From: Felis catus
Taxonomy: Eukaryota
Direction: 5' to 3'
Assembly: GCF_018350175.1 (NCBI RefSeq)
Contig: NC_058368.1
Location: 141,796,001-141,860,000 of the forward strand
Length of the DNA stretch: 64,000 bases
Shown: positions 11,812-23,409 of the stretch, piece after piece
Layout: each line of letters opens with the position of its first letter
Numbering within the stretch: the stretch's first letter is position 1
Notes under the pieces: generated by a model
Told to the model about the DNA's origin: nothing
The model's input: only the letters and a program-made list of their open reading frames with translations
The model's database searches: none
Translations under genes and position numbers: made by a program

Positions 11812-12195
11812 TGTTGAGGAAATCTAACTCAAAATTGGAGTCAGGAAGCCATGAAGGGAGGGCTTTTATGCGCATGTACCTCTCATTGCAGCCTGCACAG
11901 TCCAGCAGGAAGAAGGAAGATCTCCTCTTGGTCCAGCAAAAGCGAACTACACCTGTAGCCAATAAGAAGTCACCGTCACTTCAAACTTTCATTTTTCTCC
12001 AGTGAACTTTTGTTCAAAACAACCCCTCCCGATTCCCCTTTCCTCTATAAAAGGACAGCCTCCTCCTTTTTTTCTCCAGACTTGCCTATAGTTCTCCATT
12101 GTTTGCTTGTCCCAAATTGCAGTTTCTCTGCTGTTCTTGAACAAACCCTATTTTGCTGGCTAAATCACTTACCTTTTCCCTTTAAAGGATTTGCA
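11812..12195 (+). mobile_element. ERV1-class solo LTR (MER34/CarLTR-like)
   Basis: Starts TG (tgttgaggaaatctaactcaaaattggagtc); CCAAT at 11959-11963, TATAAAAG at 12046-12053; 3' 'ccaaattgcagtttctctgctgttcttgaacaaacc'; ends near CA. Confidence 0.65.
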
Positions 12196-12267
12196 AAACA
12201 GGGAAAAAGAGGGACAAAGCTAGTTTAACACAGCACTTGCTTGACAATTCTCACTGAAGCAGGTTGG

Positions 12268-12730
12268 AATAATAACAGTTAATAGTTACTGAGGACTTAC
12301 TAATTGCAAGTCACTGTGCTAAGCATTTTCTATTGCGTACACTATGAAATAGGTATTATTATTATCTCCATTCTACAGATGAAGAAACAGAGGTTTAGAG
12401 AATTAAAGTAACACCCCTCTTCCATCCATGAAACTGCTAAACACATTAGATGATTCTGCTCCCTGCTCTGTGGCCTTTGTCCGTTCTGTTCCTTCAGCCT
12501 CATAATTGCAGCTGCCATTTTTGAGCACCCACTATGGTTTAGTAATCTGTAATTTACATGTATCAATTCACTCTAATTCTGACTCAAAGTCCAAGAAGGG
12601 AGTCCTATCACCCTCATTCTGTAAATGAAGAACAGAAGGGCAGAGAAGTAAAATGCCCAAGATGACACAGCCAACAATGGAGTAGGTTTCAAACTAACCC
12701 CACAGCCTGTCTCTTAGCCACTACCCTGTT
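12268..12730 (-). mobile_element. Two MIR fragments
   Basis: MIR core 'attatctccattctacagatgaagaaacagagg' and 'cattctgtaaatgaagaacagaagggcagagaagtaaaatgcccaagatgacacagc'. Confidence 0.8.
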
Positions 12731-13479
12731 AGCTATAACTCAAATGATCCCTCCTCTGTTCCCCACTACAATGCTTATTCCCTCTTTTGGTACCACTGTC
12801 ATTGTGTCACCCAAGTTCTGCTGTCCGTTCAGTAAATACCTATTGGCCACTTTATATGCAGGCACTGAACCATCTGTGGCGCCTGGCACAAAGATGATGC
12901 TTCATAAATGTCATCCGAACTACACCACAGTTCCTAAGGTCAGGATGAAACAAACCATTACTTATAGTCAATATTTTTTTTAATACACTATAAAATCATT
13001 TCCTCACTCACCCCAAATACCTAAGTAAAATCATATCTATCATTCTGGAAATTATTGTTTGGGGGATATGATAGTGTGAACAAATGCAGAATTTCACCAG
13101 GACTGGCAGTGGCCCAAAACTCTGAACAGTAGTGTGGTATTGTGGCAGGTTCAGGTCAAGAAACCTATGGCATTTTGAGGCAGAGAAAAGCCAACAAGAT
13201 TTTAACCATGTGTTCTTTCTCTGGAGCTAGCAACTTCCCCTCTAGATTCTTTAAAATTATAAGTTGCCACTCCAACACTCTTAATTTTAACACTGCTGAT
13301 AAGATATAATTGTTCAAAGTGGAAAGAAAAAAATCACTCTTCATTATTTAATGCAAATGAACCAAATTGGAAAAAGTACATGTTTCCTCCTCTGAAAAAT
13401 CTATGTCTCTTATTTTTATCTTCCTCAGTCCTTTGTTTTATATCATTTACACACAATTCAGAAAATGCCTGTTTAAATT

Positions 13480-13850
13480 CACTTTCTTAGCTTAAGTTAC
13501 TAACCCCTTGTTCTTGTATTTGACACTAACTCAAATAGCCTTGAAACAATTATCGTCTCTATTCCCTTCAGAATTGTCTATACTTTAATGAGTTCCCACT
13601 TAATCTCTCCTTTACCAAAGAATACCACTCTGATTAGCTAAGATCCTTAAATCCCCATGTGGTTCTCTTTGCCCTCTGTTGTACCTTCTCTATTTCTGCA
13701 ATATCCTTTTATAATAAGGTGACTGGAATTGTGCATGGTATTCCAAATGTGGCCTTGCCAATCCTCACAAAGAAACTGGATAATTCCCTGGATTTATATT
13801 CAATCCCTCTTCTTAAGCATCCCCAAATGAGGCTCTTACACTGTCTTTAT
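13480..13850 (-). mobile_element. Ancient CR1/L3 LINE relic (ORF2 C-terminal region)
   Basis: Minus strand 13761-13661 translates LARPHLEYHAQFQSPYYK/(frameshift)DIAEIEKVQQRAKRT, matching the CR1 motif LVRPHLEYCVQFW.P..KKD...LE.VQRRAT; downstream YSLVKERLSG resembles FSLEKRRLRG. Confidence 0.85.
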
Positions 13851-14622
13851 GGTCAATAAACTCTGAAAGTTTGAAATCTTGAGATTTTTTCTATTTCCCT
13901 TTTATCCATCCAAATTTCCAGTTTCCAAACACACCAGGGAATTGGGGGCCATTTTGGCAATTAAATATGCATTATTTTTCAGTGCTTCAGTGGCATAAAA
14001 AAGGATACATGTCCTTTAGTCAGTTTCATTTCAGAGAGCAGGGGCTAGAGACTCTTTTTTCATGGAGCCAAAGGCTAAAAGGGGCTTCATCCTTTGGAAG
14101 ATTAACACTGAGTTTGTTTTGCACAGATCCCATCTCTTACTCCTCCCTAGTACCTCCTTCACTGGAAGAGTTGGGTCTAAAGCTGAAGATTAGGCTGCGT
14201 GGAGAAGAAATAGCAGAGGCTAGTCAATAATGTATGTTCTTGAGTAGAAAATTTGGTGAATTCAGGTCTTTGAAAAAATCACTAGGACCTAAAGAACACA
14301 ATGCTTCAAATACTTTTTCATCTCATCTCAAACATGCACATCTGTACACACACACACTCACTCGCTCACTCACTCACTTCTATATCCCAGATCTTTGTTC
14401 TGAGTAGGAGTTATCTAACTGGAGAGGAGGTGAGGAAGGGCTGAGTGTTCCAGGTAGAGTGAATCACATGTGTTGTCTTTCCCAAGCTGGCCTAAGAAGT
14501 CACACAGCATCATTTCTGTTATGTTCTATTCATTTAAAATGAAGGACAATGCCAGCTCATATTTAAAAGGAGGGAAATTAGCTTTTTACCTATTAATGGA
14601 TAAGTGTCAAAAAAATTGACAT

Positions 14623-14810
14623 GGGGCACCTGGGTGGCTCAGTCAGTTGAGACTTCAGCTCAGGTCATGATCTCATGGTTTGTGAGTTTGAACCCCACAT
14701 CGGGCTTGCTGCTGTCAGTACGGAGCCCACTTCAAATCCTCTGTCTCCCCTTCTCTCTCTGCATCTCCCCTACTTGTACTCTCTCTCTCAAAAATAAATT
14801 TAAATAAAAA
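14623..14810 (+). mobile_element. CanSINE
   Basis: ggggcacctgggtggctcag head; TSD-like aaaatt(ttt)gacat on both sides. Confidence 0.9.
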
Positions 14811-15954
14811 AATTTTTGACATACTAGCATGGTAATTTGGGAGGGAGCCCTATGAATTAATTCCCAGCCTGGTTTATTTCTATTGTCAACACACTCAAAA
14901 AAATAGAACACAGACTTTCACAAAAAAATAGAACATAGACCCTTTCACAAAATAGAAGGGTCTAATGTTTACTCACCACATCAAGATATATGACTGAATC
15001 TCTGTCTCCAAATTGATCCTGAACATTATGGGGGAGATTCCTACCCTGTTACTAAAACAGTGAGGAGGGAGGAAAGAATAGAGACTATTAGTCTATCTAG
15101 GAGTCAGAGGAATTAGGGAAAGCAGTCAACGCCTCTGTGGTAGAGGCTACCTTAATCAAGAGAAAGTAGAAGGAAAAGCATTTTAATGACATACTCAAGT
15201 TTTTTGAAATTGAACTTAGAAATATCTAGGTTAATGATCTATTTTTCAATATGAAAATTCTGCTTATATTGACTATTTTGCTCTCACAAATGTCAAGCCA
15301 TTTATTGTATGGTTAAGGTGCCCATATTTTCAATAGAAGTATTTCCTTTTAAATGTTAAGGGATATCAACCCTGAAATCAATTCATTTTCTCCTTGTGCT
15401 AAAAATTAGAATATCATAGTAGGACACAGTCTAATTGATGTTAACAGGATCAGTGCAAAGAAGGAGACCCAAACTCTTGTATTTGATTTTCCTTTTAAGA
15501 CTCACAATTGAGTAATAGTAGCTATTTTGAATTCATCTACACTCATTGATCTAACTTGTCAGAAATCAATCAATAATCAATCAATATGTTCTCTGAACTA
15601 AGCAGTGAGTTTGGGAACACTCAATGCAAATCTTAGCACTGCCATGGTGACCCCACTCCAGCCACTTATCCTTAGTTAAACTGCTTCTCAGTTTCTTCAT
15701 CTATAAATATGGCATTGCTGCTTTTGCTATAATAAAAATAAGTTGATTTGCAAAGTATAACCCCTAATGCCTAGTTATTTTCTCCTGAGACTCTGTCCTT
15801 ATAATTCCAGAAGCAGCTAAGAGAGAAAAAATTGGGGTAGTACAGATATAGAATGTAGATTCACTCTGTGAACACTAATGTCTTGGATATAACATAGGCA
15901 GTTGAGTCTTTGCCATAAAAAACTTTATTCATTATTAAAACTAATATGAACTTG

Positions 15955-16744
15955 TTAATAATCTGGTTAACTATTGCTGTGAGATAAACTAAAACTTAGT
16001 GGCTCAAAATGACAATTTATGGGGCGCCTGGGTGGCGCAGTCGGTTAAGCGTCCGACTTCAGCCAGGTCACGATCTCGCGGTCCGGGAGTTCGAGCCCCG
16101 CGTCGAGCTCTGGGCTGATGATGGCTCAGAGCCTGGAGCCTGTTTCCGATTCTGTGTCTCCCTCTCTCTCTGCCCCTCCCCCATTCATGCTCTGTCTCTC
16201 TCTGTCCCAAAAATAAATAAACGTTGAAAAAAAAATTTAAAAATGATAATTTATTATTAGGATTATATATGTCATGATTTTGTGGTAAAGAATTCAGACA
16301 GGACAATGAGGATGGCTCATCTCTGCTTTATGATGCCTAAGACCTCAGCCAAGATAACTGAGGAGACTAGGAGCTGGCAAGCTGGTGGCTGTCTGGGTCT
16401 CTGTCTCTTTCTCCTTACCTTCTCTCCTTAAAGATACATAACTGAATTTGTTTCTCCACATACCCCCTCCATATAGTTAGTCTGGGCTTGCTCACAGTAT
16501 GGAAGCCTCAGTACAGCCACATTCCTTACATGGAAATTGAGGGCTCTAGGAAAGATGATGTCCATGAACAGAAATCAGAAGATACAAGTTCTCTTAAAAC
16601 ATTAGCCCAAACTGACACAGTGCTGCTTCTATCATATTCCATTGGTGAAAGAAGAGTCCACACAGATTCCAGGGAAAGGAGCATAGATTCCATGTCTCAA
16701 TAAGAAGGGTTTTTAAGAATCTGAACCACCTTTAATCCACCACA
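15955..16744 (-). mobile_element. MLT1 LTR interrupted by a young SINE
   Basis: 'ctattgctgtgagataaactaaaacttagtggctcaaa', 'gggtaaagaattcagacagg'-like segment, terminal 'tttaatccaccaca'. Confidence 0.75.
16021..16239 (+). mobile_element. Young felid SINE (SINEC_Fc type)
   Basis: CpG-intact ggggcgcctgggtggcgcagtcggttaagcgtccgacttcagccaggtcacgatctcgcg; 15-bp TSD aaaatga(c/t)aatttat at 16006-16020 and 16240-16254. Confidence 0.97.
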
Positions 16745-16768
16745 CTTATTTGTATCCTACTATGTTTT

Positions 16769-16990
16769 TTTTTTTTAATTTTTTTTTCAACGTTTATTTA
16801 TTTTTGGGACAGAGAGAGACAAAGCATGAACGGGGGAGGGGCAGAGAGAGAGGGAGACACAGAATCGGAAACAGGCTCCAGGCTCTGAGCCATCAGCCCA
16901 GAGCCCGACGCGGGGCTCGAACTCACGGACCGCGAGATTGTGACCTGGCTGAAGTCGGACGCTCAACCGACTGCGCCACCCAGGCACCCC
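16769..16990 (-). mobile_element. Young felid SINE (SINEC_Fc type)
   Basis: Same subfamily, antisense; perfect 14-bp TSD tcctactatgtttt at 16755-16768 and 16991-17004. Confidence 0.97.
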
Positions 16991-17019
16991 TCCTACTATG
17001 TTTTACAATGTAGCAAGCA

Positions 17020-18640
17020 TTTTAGCTTCTGGTAATGGAAGAGAAGCCGCTATTGGACCACCCTCCTGCTATCTTTGGACCACAGATAACAACTATAATA
17101 TTGTACAAAATAGCAATAAACAATACCCAAAGGCACTGGAAAGCAATCAAAAGCAGGACCTGGAAGGGAGCCAACAAATGGAGGAAGGTGTGGTACTGGA
17201 TGACTTTTTCATTTTTTGTAGCTTTTCACTTTAAAGACAGGCCCTAGTCCATGCTGAGCAGAGCAGCTAACACTAGGATAGAAGGTCTGAAGTCCTACCA
17301 GCTTGAGGAATAAGAGGAAAGAGAAAAGAGTTCAGAGCTACCATAGTAGCCTAAAAGTAAAGTGAGAGATGCCCCAAAAAAGAAAGAACCAGAAAAAGAG
17401 CTCCAAATTTTGTGTATAAACAGCCAAGTCTCCAGATGACCACTAAACTACTTACATCTAGGGCAGATTCCAAGCAGCCCAGGTGAGGCTGAAAGCGCTA
17501 AATGAGATTTCAGCTGCTGTCTAAACAAGTTAGCTCCTTGTTTTATTAAAAACAAAACAAAACAAAACCAGTAACTTTCAGAAAGACAAAACAATCTAGG
17601 ATCTTTATATATATCATTCAATGTCCAGGACACTACCCAAATGTCTAAATATATTAGAAAATGTGACTGAGACTGAAGAGTGCACTGAAAGTGGAGTGCC
17701 TGGGTGGCTCAGTCAGTTGAGTGTCCGACTCTTGGTTTCAAGTCAGGTCATGATCCCAAGGTTGCTTAAGATTCTCTCTCTCTCTCCCTCTACCCCTCTT
17801 CCCTGCTCACACATGTGCTCTCTTTCTAAAATCAAAAGAGAGAGAGAAATTGAAAGCAATGAAAATCAACCCAACGATGACCCACATTTTGAAATTAGCA
17901 GAGAATTTAAAGCAGCTGTCATAGCTACCTAGGAACATAAAGGGAAAAAAGCTTTTAATGAATGTACAAATAAGAAATCTCAGTAGAGAAAAAGAAACTA
18001 CAAAAAATGATTCAAATAGAAGTTCTAGAAATGAAAAATAAAATATCTAAAATAAAAATTCACTGGTTGGGCTTAGTAGAAGAATAGAGATGACAAAAGG
18101 AAAGAGTCAGTGAACTTGAAGACCAACCAACAGAAATTATTCATTCTGAAGAACAGACAGAAAGAAATGAAAACATGAACAGATCCACATGGATCCGTGG
18201 GACAATATCAGAATGTGTAGCACAAGTGAAACTAGAGTCCAAAAAGTTGAGGAGAGAGGGCATGGGGCAGAGAAAATTATTTAAAGAAATTACTAAAATC
18301 ACCAAAAATCGGGTGAAAAACAGATCTACAGATTCAAAAACTCAACAAACCACAAGATTAAAAAAAATCTATACTCCCTGTACATCATAGACAAACTTCT
18401 GAGAACAAAAGTTAAAGAGATAATGTTAAAAGCCTCTAGAGAAAAATAACACATTGCACACTGGGAAACAACAGTAAGAATTAAGGCTGACCTCTCATCA
18501 GAAACAAATGAGGAAAAAAGAAATCTTTAAAGTGCTTAAAGAAAAACACAACTGTTCACCCTTAATTCTATACCCAGCAAAAATATTCTTCAAGAATGAA
18601 GACAAAATAAAGATGCTCTTGGATAAAAAACAGAATACCA
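17020..18640 (+). mobile_element. Old L1M 5' region and degraded ORF1, with an internally deleted SINE at about 17693-17850
   Basis: ORF 18508-18696 contains ILYPAKIFFKNEDKIKM (L1 ORF1 C-terminal motif); A-rich ORF1-like sequence at 17950-18200. Confidence 0.8.
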
Positions 18641-18861
18641 AGAAAAGATATAATACCTTCCTAATTCTGATTGAACTTACTAATGGTCACTGTTAATTTA
18701 GGATATAAACATATTTTGTTCTTTTGGAAGTCCCAACTATTCTGCTACTCCAGTTTCTTAGGCTAGCTCTCATCTGTATACAAATTCCTCACTTGCCAAA
18801 CCCTACTCTGCCTCCTCTCTCCTCCTATGTAACAAAGAGTACTGAAAGCTTATTGACTGAA

Positions 18862-19070
18862 CAGTAATAAAGAGCTATCATTTTGAGCAACTACTCTGTC
18901 CCAAGGTCTGTCTATGGATATGACATTTAATCCTTACCCTTATCAACAGTTGGGGCTGATATTATCAGGATAAAATTACAGATGAGAAAATAGGCTGAGA
19001 GAAACTAATTACAGGCAATGTGTCTAAGGTCACACAGCTAGTTAGTGCTAGAATCAGGCCCAGTAAAGGT
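18862..19070 (-). mobile_element. MIR
   Basis: 'ttacagatgagaaaataggctgagagaaa...gtctaaggtcacacagctagttagtg'. Confidence 0.8.
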
Positions 19071-19229
19071 CCTTGACCTGCTTGAATAATATTTCATGGA
19101 CATTTATATATAGCCTGAAAATTGACTAAGTCCCTTAAGGACTTCTTCTATGAGCTTCCTTTTACTATTTGAATAGCTCTGTTTTTTGTTTTGTTTTTTT
19201 TTTTTAAAGGCAAAATTTCAGGCTAACAC

Positions 19230-19640
19230 TCTGGTAGTCTGTTAATTGCCTGTCACCTGCCTGCCCCCTCCCTCTCCCCACATTCTCCTTCCTTTAGCAC
19301 CAGAGAATACCCCAACAGCTCCCAGCACAACACACACTGCTGTTGTAGCTGGGCTCACAGCTTGTCAACTAGAAACTATACTTCCCAGCCTCCTTTGAAG
19401 CTAGGTGTGGGCATGTAACCAAGTTTGTGCAAATGGGATATGAGTGCTTACAAGCATGGCCAGAGTTCAACTTCTGGTTTTAAAAGAAAGACACACTTGG
19501 CTTAGATCCCCTATTCCCCTTCCCGAGGGCTGGAAAAATGCAAACATGAGCATGTGCTGTGGACCTGGACCTGAAAGCCACGTGTGAAAGGCAGCAGAGC
19601 CAACCTGTGCACCAGTCCTTCAAGATGGCTCCCGATGGCT
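19230..19640. mobile_element. ERVL LTR (LTR33/LTR16/MLT1-like)
   Basis: 'actatacttcccagcctcctttgaagctaggtgtgggcatgtaaccaagtttgtgcaaatgggatatgag'. Confidence 0.65.
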
Positions 19641-19719
19641 CACTGCTGAACCAGGCATGGAATACTTTTGTAAGAACTTAAAGAAAACTGAAAGGTTCAA
19701 AAATTTAAAGGAATTTGTT

Positions 19720-19880
19720 GAAAACCTGGGTATGTGGCCACCTCTGTGACTTGGCATTTTACCTAACCTCTCTAAGCTTATAGGTCCCCGTTTCTAGACG
19801 GGGGTGATTATTTTATTTCCCTCGTAGGGTTGGCTTGAGGATGGAGTAAGAGAATACATATACACATTAGCACAGAGCAA
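19720..19880 (+). mobile_element. MIR fragment
   Basis: 'ctgtgacttggcattttacctaacctctctaagc...ccctcgtagggttggcttgagg'. Confidence 0.6.
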
Positions 19881-21295
19881 GAGCCCACAGATGATACATT
19901 TATTGTGTGCCACCTGGCTAGATGCTACAGGATGTATGCATATAGACTGTCTTTTCCTTCAGGTACCGAGTACCCTCTGACTCTGAAGAGAATACCTGCT
20001 TAATGAATAGTGTTGACCTATGAATGGAAACAGAACCTGCAGCTACTAAGGCAGGTGGGAATATTGCCGTAGGCTGTTGTAATCTTCATTTGACAATCTT
20101 CCTCACCATTCCCAACTTTTCATCTTTCTTAAAACAATGAAGGGTGTTTTTAAAAAACATTTTTTCCTTTATACTTGTGAGGGATGAGACATATACATAC
20201 TTCAGGTTAATTCTTAGAAAATTAATAACTCATTTTAGGCCAGTTCATTACTAGATTACTAGGATGATAAATTTCTTTTAATGAAAGAAATTAATATTTT
20301 TCAGCCACAGTTTTAGAGACTCCCCTCCCAGTCCTGTCCCTAACCCCAGCCCAATCTGAGCCTCCCTCAATTTTCTTTCAAAGGAATATGTAGTACATTT
20401 AGAAGGTGACAGCTTGGTATTCAACATTCAGTTCGTGTCTTCGGCACCAACAGTGGAAAGGTTAGAAACATAAGCGCAGCCCCTTGTTTATTGCAATTTC
20501 ACAGCCGTGGCAAATGCCACAGAATTGGCAGCAGGAATTAGTTAAAACTTGGCAGTAATACTTCCTTTCCTCTCACTGCCTCATCTCCTTTCAGGGTGGT
20601 TGCCAGTTAATGCTTATAATATGTTAATTTGTGAAAATAGGGACTAAAAGGAGGAAAAGGAGAGGAGGGCTTGGGGAGTGCTAGGGCAGGCAGGGGAGGG
20701 CCAGACTGGCCAGGGAGGAGGAGAAGCCAGAGAGAAGGGGATAAGACAATAGGAAAGAAGGGACGAAGGGGCAGAGGATAGAGCAATGCACAGTTTGGGT
20801 GGAAGTAGAGACGACCTTTAAATGAAAAGGGGAAAAAAAGAAGTTATACACATGAAGAAGAGGAGTCATTTCCATTTTCTCTCTCTGGCAATGATACAAG
20901 GACGATGGGGGATAAATATAGTAATAACCTTAAAACTGATGAAGGAGGCAAATCTGAGTCTTGACTCCCATTTTGGAATCTGGGAAATTTAAAAGATCAC
21001 TACTTGTATCAGTTTTCAGGCCGTCATCTCCCTGCCTCGCCCCCACCTCCACCCCACCCAGTCCTGCTTCTGGTGATATGTTATTGCCAACATCTTTTCG
21101 TCTAGGAACAGTTCAAAGAAGGCCAGACTCCAACTCCCCAACCCTAAATTCTAACCTCCCCAAAGGGTTTGGACACTTGGGATCAGCCAGGACCTAGGAA
21201 TGGTGACAGTAAGGGCAGTGGTAGGGGTTTAGAAGACATGTTGGTGGAACTCTCATGCAATGGGGCTCTGATGTCTTTAAGAATAAGGCCTCCCC

Positions 21296-21525
21296 GGGGT
21301 GCCTGGTTGGCTCAGTCGGGTTAAGGATTAAGCCTCTGACTTCAGCTCAAGTCATGATCTCACAGATTGTGAGTTGGAGCCCCATATCGGACTCTGGGCT
21401 CCGTGCTGACAGCTCCGAGCTTGGAGCCTGCTTCGGATTCTTTGTCTCCCTCTCACTCTGCCCCTCCCCGTTTCACACTCTGTCTCTGTCTCTCAAAAAT
21501 AAATAAATGCTTAAAAAAAAAAAAA
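21296..21525 (+). mobile_element. CanSINE
   Basis: ggggtgcctggttggctcagtcgg head, full body, aataaa and poly(A). Confidence 0.93.
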
Positions 21526-22468
21526 CACCTCCTGCCTGCTGTACTCCCCCATTGCCTGAAGTTGCTACCTCTGCACCCAATGCCCTACCAGCATCCCTGA
21601 ACTCAGGATGCAGCTCAAATGTCATAGAAGGAGGAGAGGGGCATTGCCTCCCGACGTGCCATACCATGGTAGGAGAAGGATAACAGAGAAATGCAAACAT
21701 AGAGAGAAAAATGGACTAGAAAACCCAGAGATGACAACAAGCTGTGAAATCTGAATCTCAGTTTCTAGATACTTCTCCTACCAGTTCTGGCTCAGCAATA
21801 TGAAGCAAATGCCTTTGGAACAAACAATTCTTCTTTCAATAAATATGCCGAGTTCAAGAAGACCTAGAACAAGGGACCATTAACGTTTAAGTAAGCACAT
21901 CTGTTTCCATATTCTTTCCAATTTAAAAGAATCATAATTTTTGCAGAAGGTTCTGATTGAACATTTGGATAGTGTGGGATTTGTCCACATTTAGGTGGGT
22001 GTCCACATTTGGGCATTCTTCTACCCTCCCAATGCCTTTTCTTTGAACTAGTACAGGCAAACCCCTTCTCCTTCTTTGTTGTGACGCAAATGCCCTCCAC
22101 ATTGGCAAAACCACAAGAAAGCCAGGGAAAAAACCTGGTCTTTAGCCTAATCCCCAGCTCTTCCTCCATAGGAAGGCAAATCCAGCACCACCTTTTCATT
22201 AGCTATCTCTCTCCAGCAGAATGACCATCATAGAGCAAAGTGCCCTTCACCAGCTCAAAACAAGCCACTTTCATTCCCAAAAACCTACCGAGAAAAATGC
22301 TCAGCTCCCTATCAATGGCTTGAACTTTTCAGTTCCACTTGAGACAGATTTGAGTTGACTTGTCAAAGGCTGAGATAGAGTGGGCAGTTGAATTTGAAAA
22401 GAAATAGGGGAAAACACAAGGGGTTGGATATTTCCTCTCTGTGTGTTGAGTTTTTCTGCTGATTTCTT

Positions 22469-22470
22469 TT

Positions 22471-22514
<44 letters not shown>

Positions 22515-22532
22515 TCCTTCTTTCTTTCTTTC

Positions 22533-22567
<35 letters not shown>

Positions 22568-22752
22568 TCATTTATTAAGAGAGAGAGTGCGCACTTGTAT
22601 GTGTGCACATGCACACAAGATGGGGAGGGGCAGGGAGAGAGAATATCAAGCAGGCTTCATGCTGTAAACACAGAGCCTCATAAACTGTGAGATCATGACC
22701 TGATCCAAGATCAAAGTGGGATGCTTAACTGACTGAGCCACCCAGGTGTCCC
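22469..22752 (-). mobile_element. CanSINE whose tail has expanded into (TTTC)n (22469-22569)
   Basis: Perfect 14-bp TSD tctgctgatttctt at 22455-22468 and 22753-22766. Confidence 0.93.
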
Positions 22753-22877
22753 TCTGCTGATTTCTTATACCTATCCCCAGTACAAATAATAAGTACTTCC
22801 TTTTGGAAAACTTGTCACCAGCTGAAACTGAGAGGGTTCATGTAGAAAGAGCCACTTGTGTTTGCCACAAGTGATAA

Positions 22878-23115
22878 CAGCAGTATGGTATATTGGTTAA
22901 AGCACAAAGTATGGAGCCAGACTTCATGAGTTCAAATCTCACCTCCACCATTTCCTATTTCTGGGACTTTAGGAAACTTCTTTAATCTATGCCTCCATTT
23001 CTTCAACTGTAAAATCCGAGTGTTATTAATGGTGTGAATTTCATAGAGTTGTGTGCTGATTAAATAAGCTAACAGCAAGCACACAGCACTGTATGTGTAT
23101 TAACTATTATGATGA
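22878..23115 (+). mobile_element. MIR, near full length
   Basis: 'cagtatggtatattggttaaagcac...ggagccagacttcatgagttcaaatc...cctccatttcttcaactgtaaaat'. Confidence 0.85.
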
Positions 23116-23409
23116 TGATATATTCTTTGGAACATGTAACAGGGTCTTGGTTGCTGAGACAGCCATGCCTAGGAGGAAGAGCCCTGAGTTAAATAACCCC
23201 CATCTTCCAATTGTCTCGCAGCTGAGATTACTCACTATAATAAAGAGAACAGATTGAAGAAAAGATGAACAGACAATTAAGGTGGTACCTCCCAGCCCTG
23301 TTGGGTACAACTCCCCCACCCCAACTAAAGACTCTAAGTTGACAGCTATAAATTTAAGAATTCCTAGGAGGAACGTAGGCTGGGCACAAGGAAGAAGCTC
23401 ACAAAGTAC

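Noticed and set aside
16004..17013. ORFs resembling database 'hypothetical proteins' (FFNVYLFLGQRETEHE..., GAPGWRSRLSVRLQ...)
   Set aside because: Translations of SINEC_Fc elements
21864..22199. 111-aa Cys-rich ORF with PKCGH/PKCGQ repeat
   Set aside because: The repeat comes from a short local duplication (gtccacattt twice); no family resemblance or exon structure I can support
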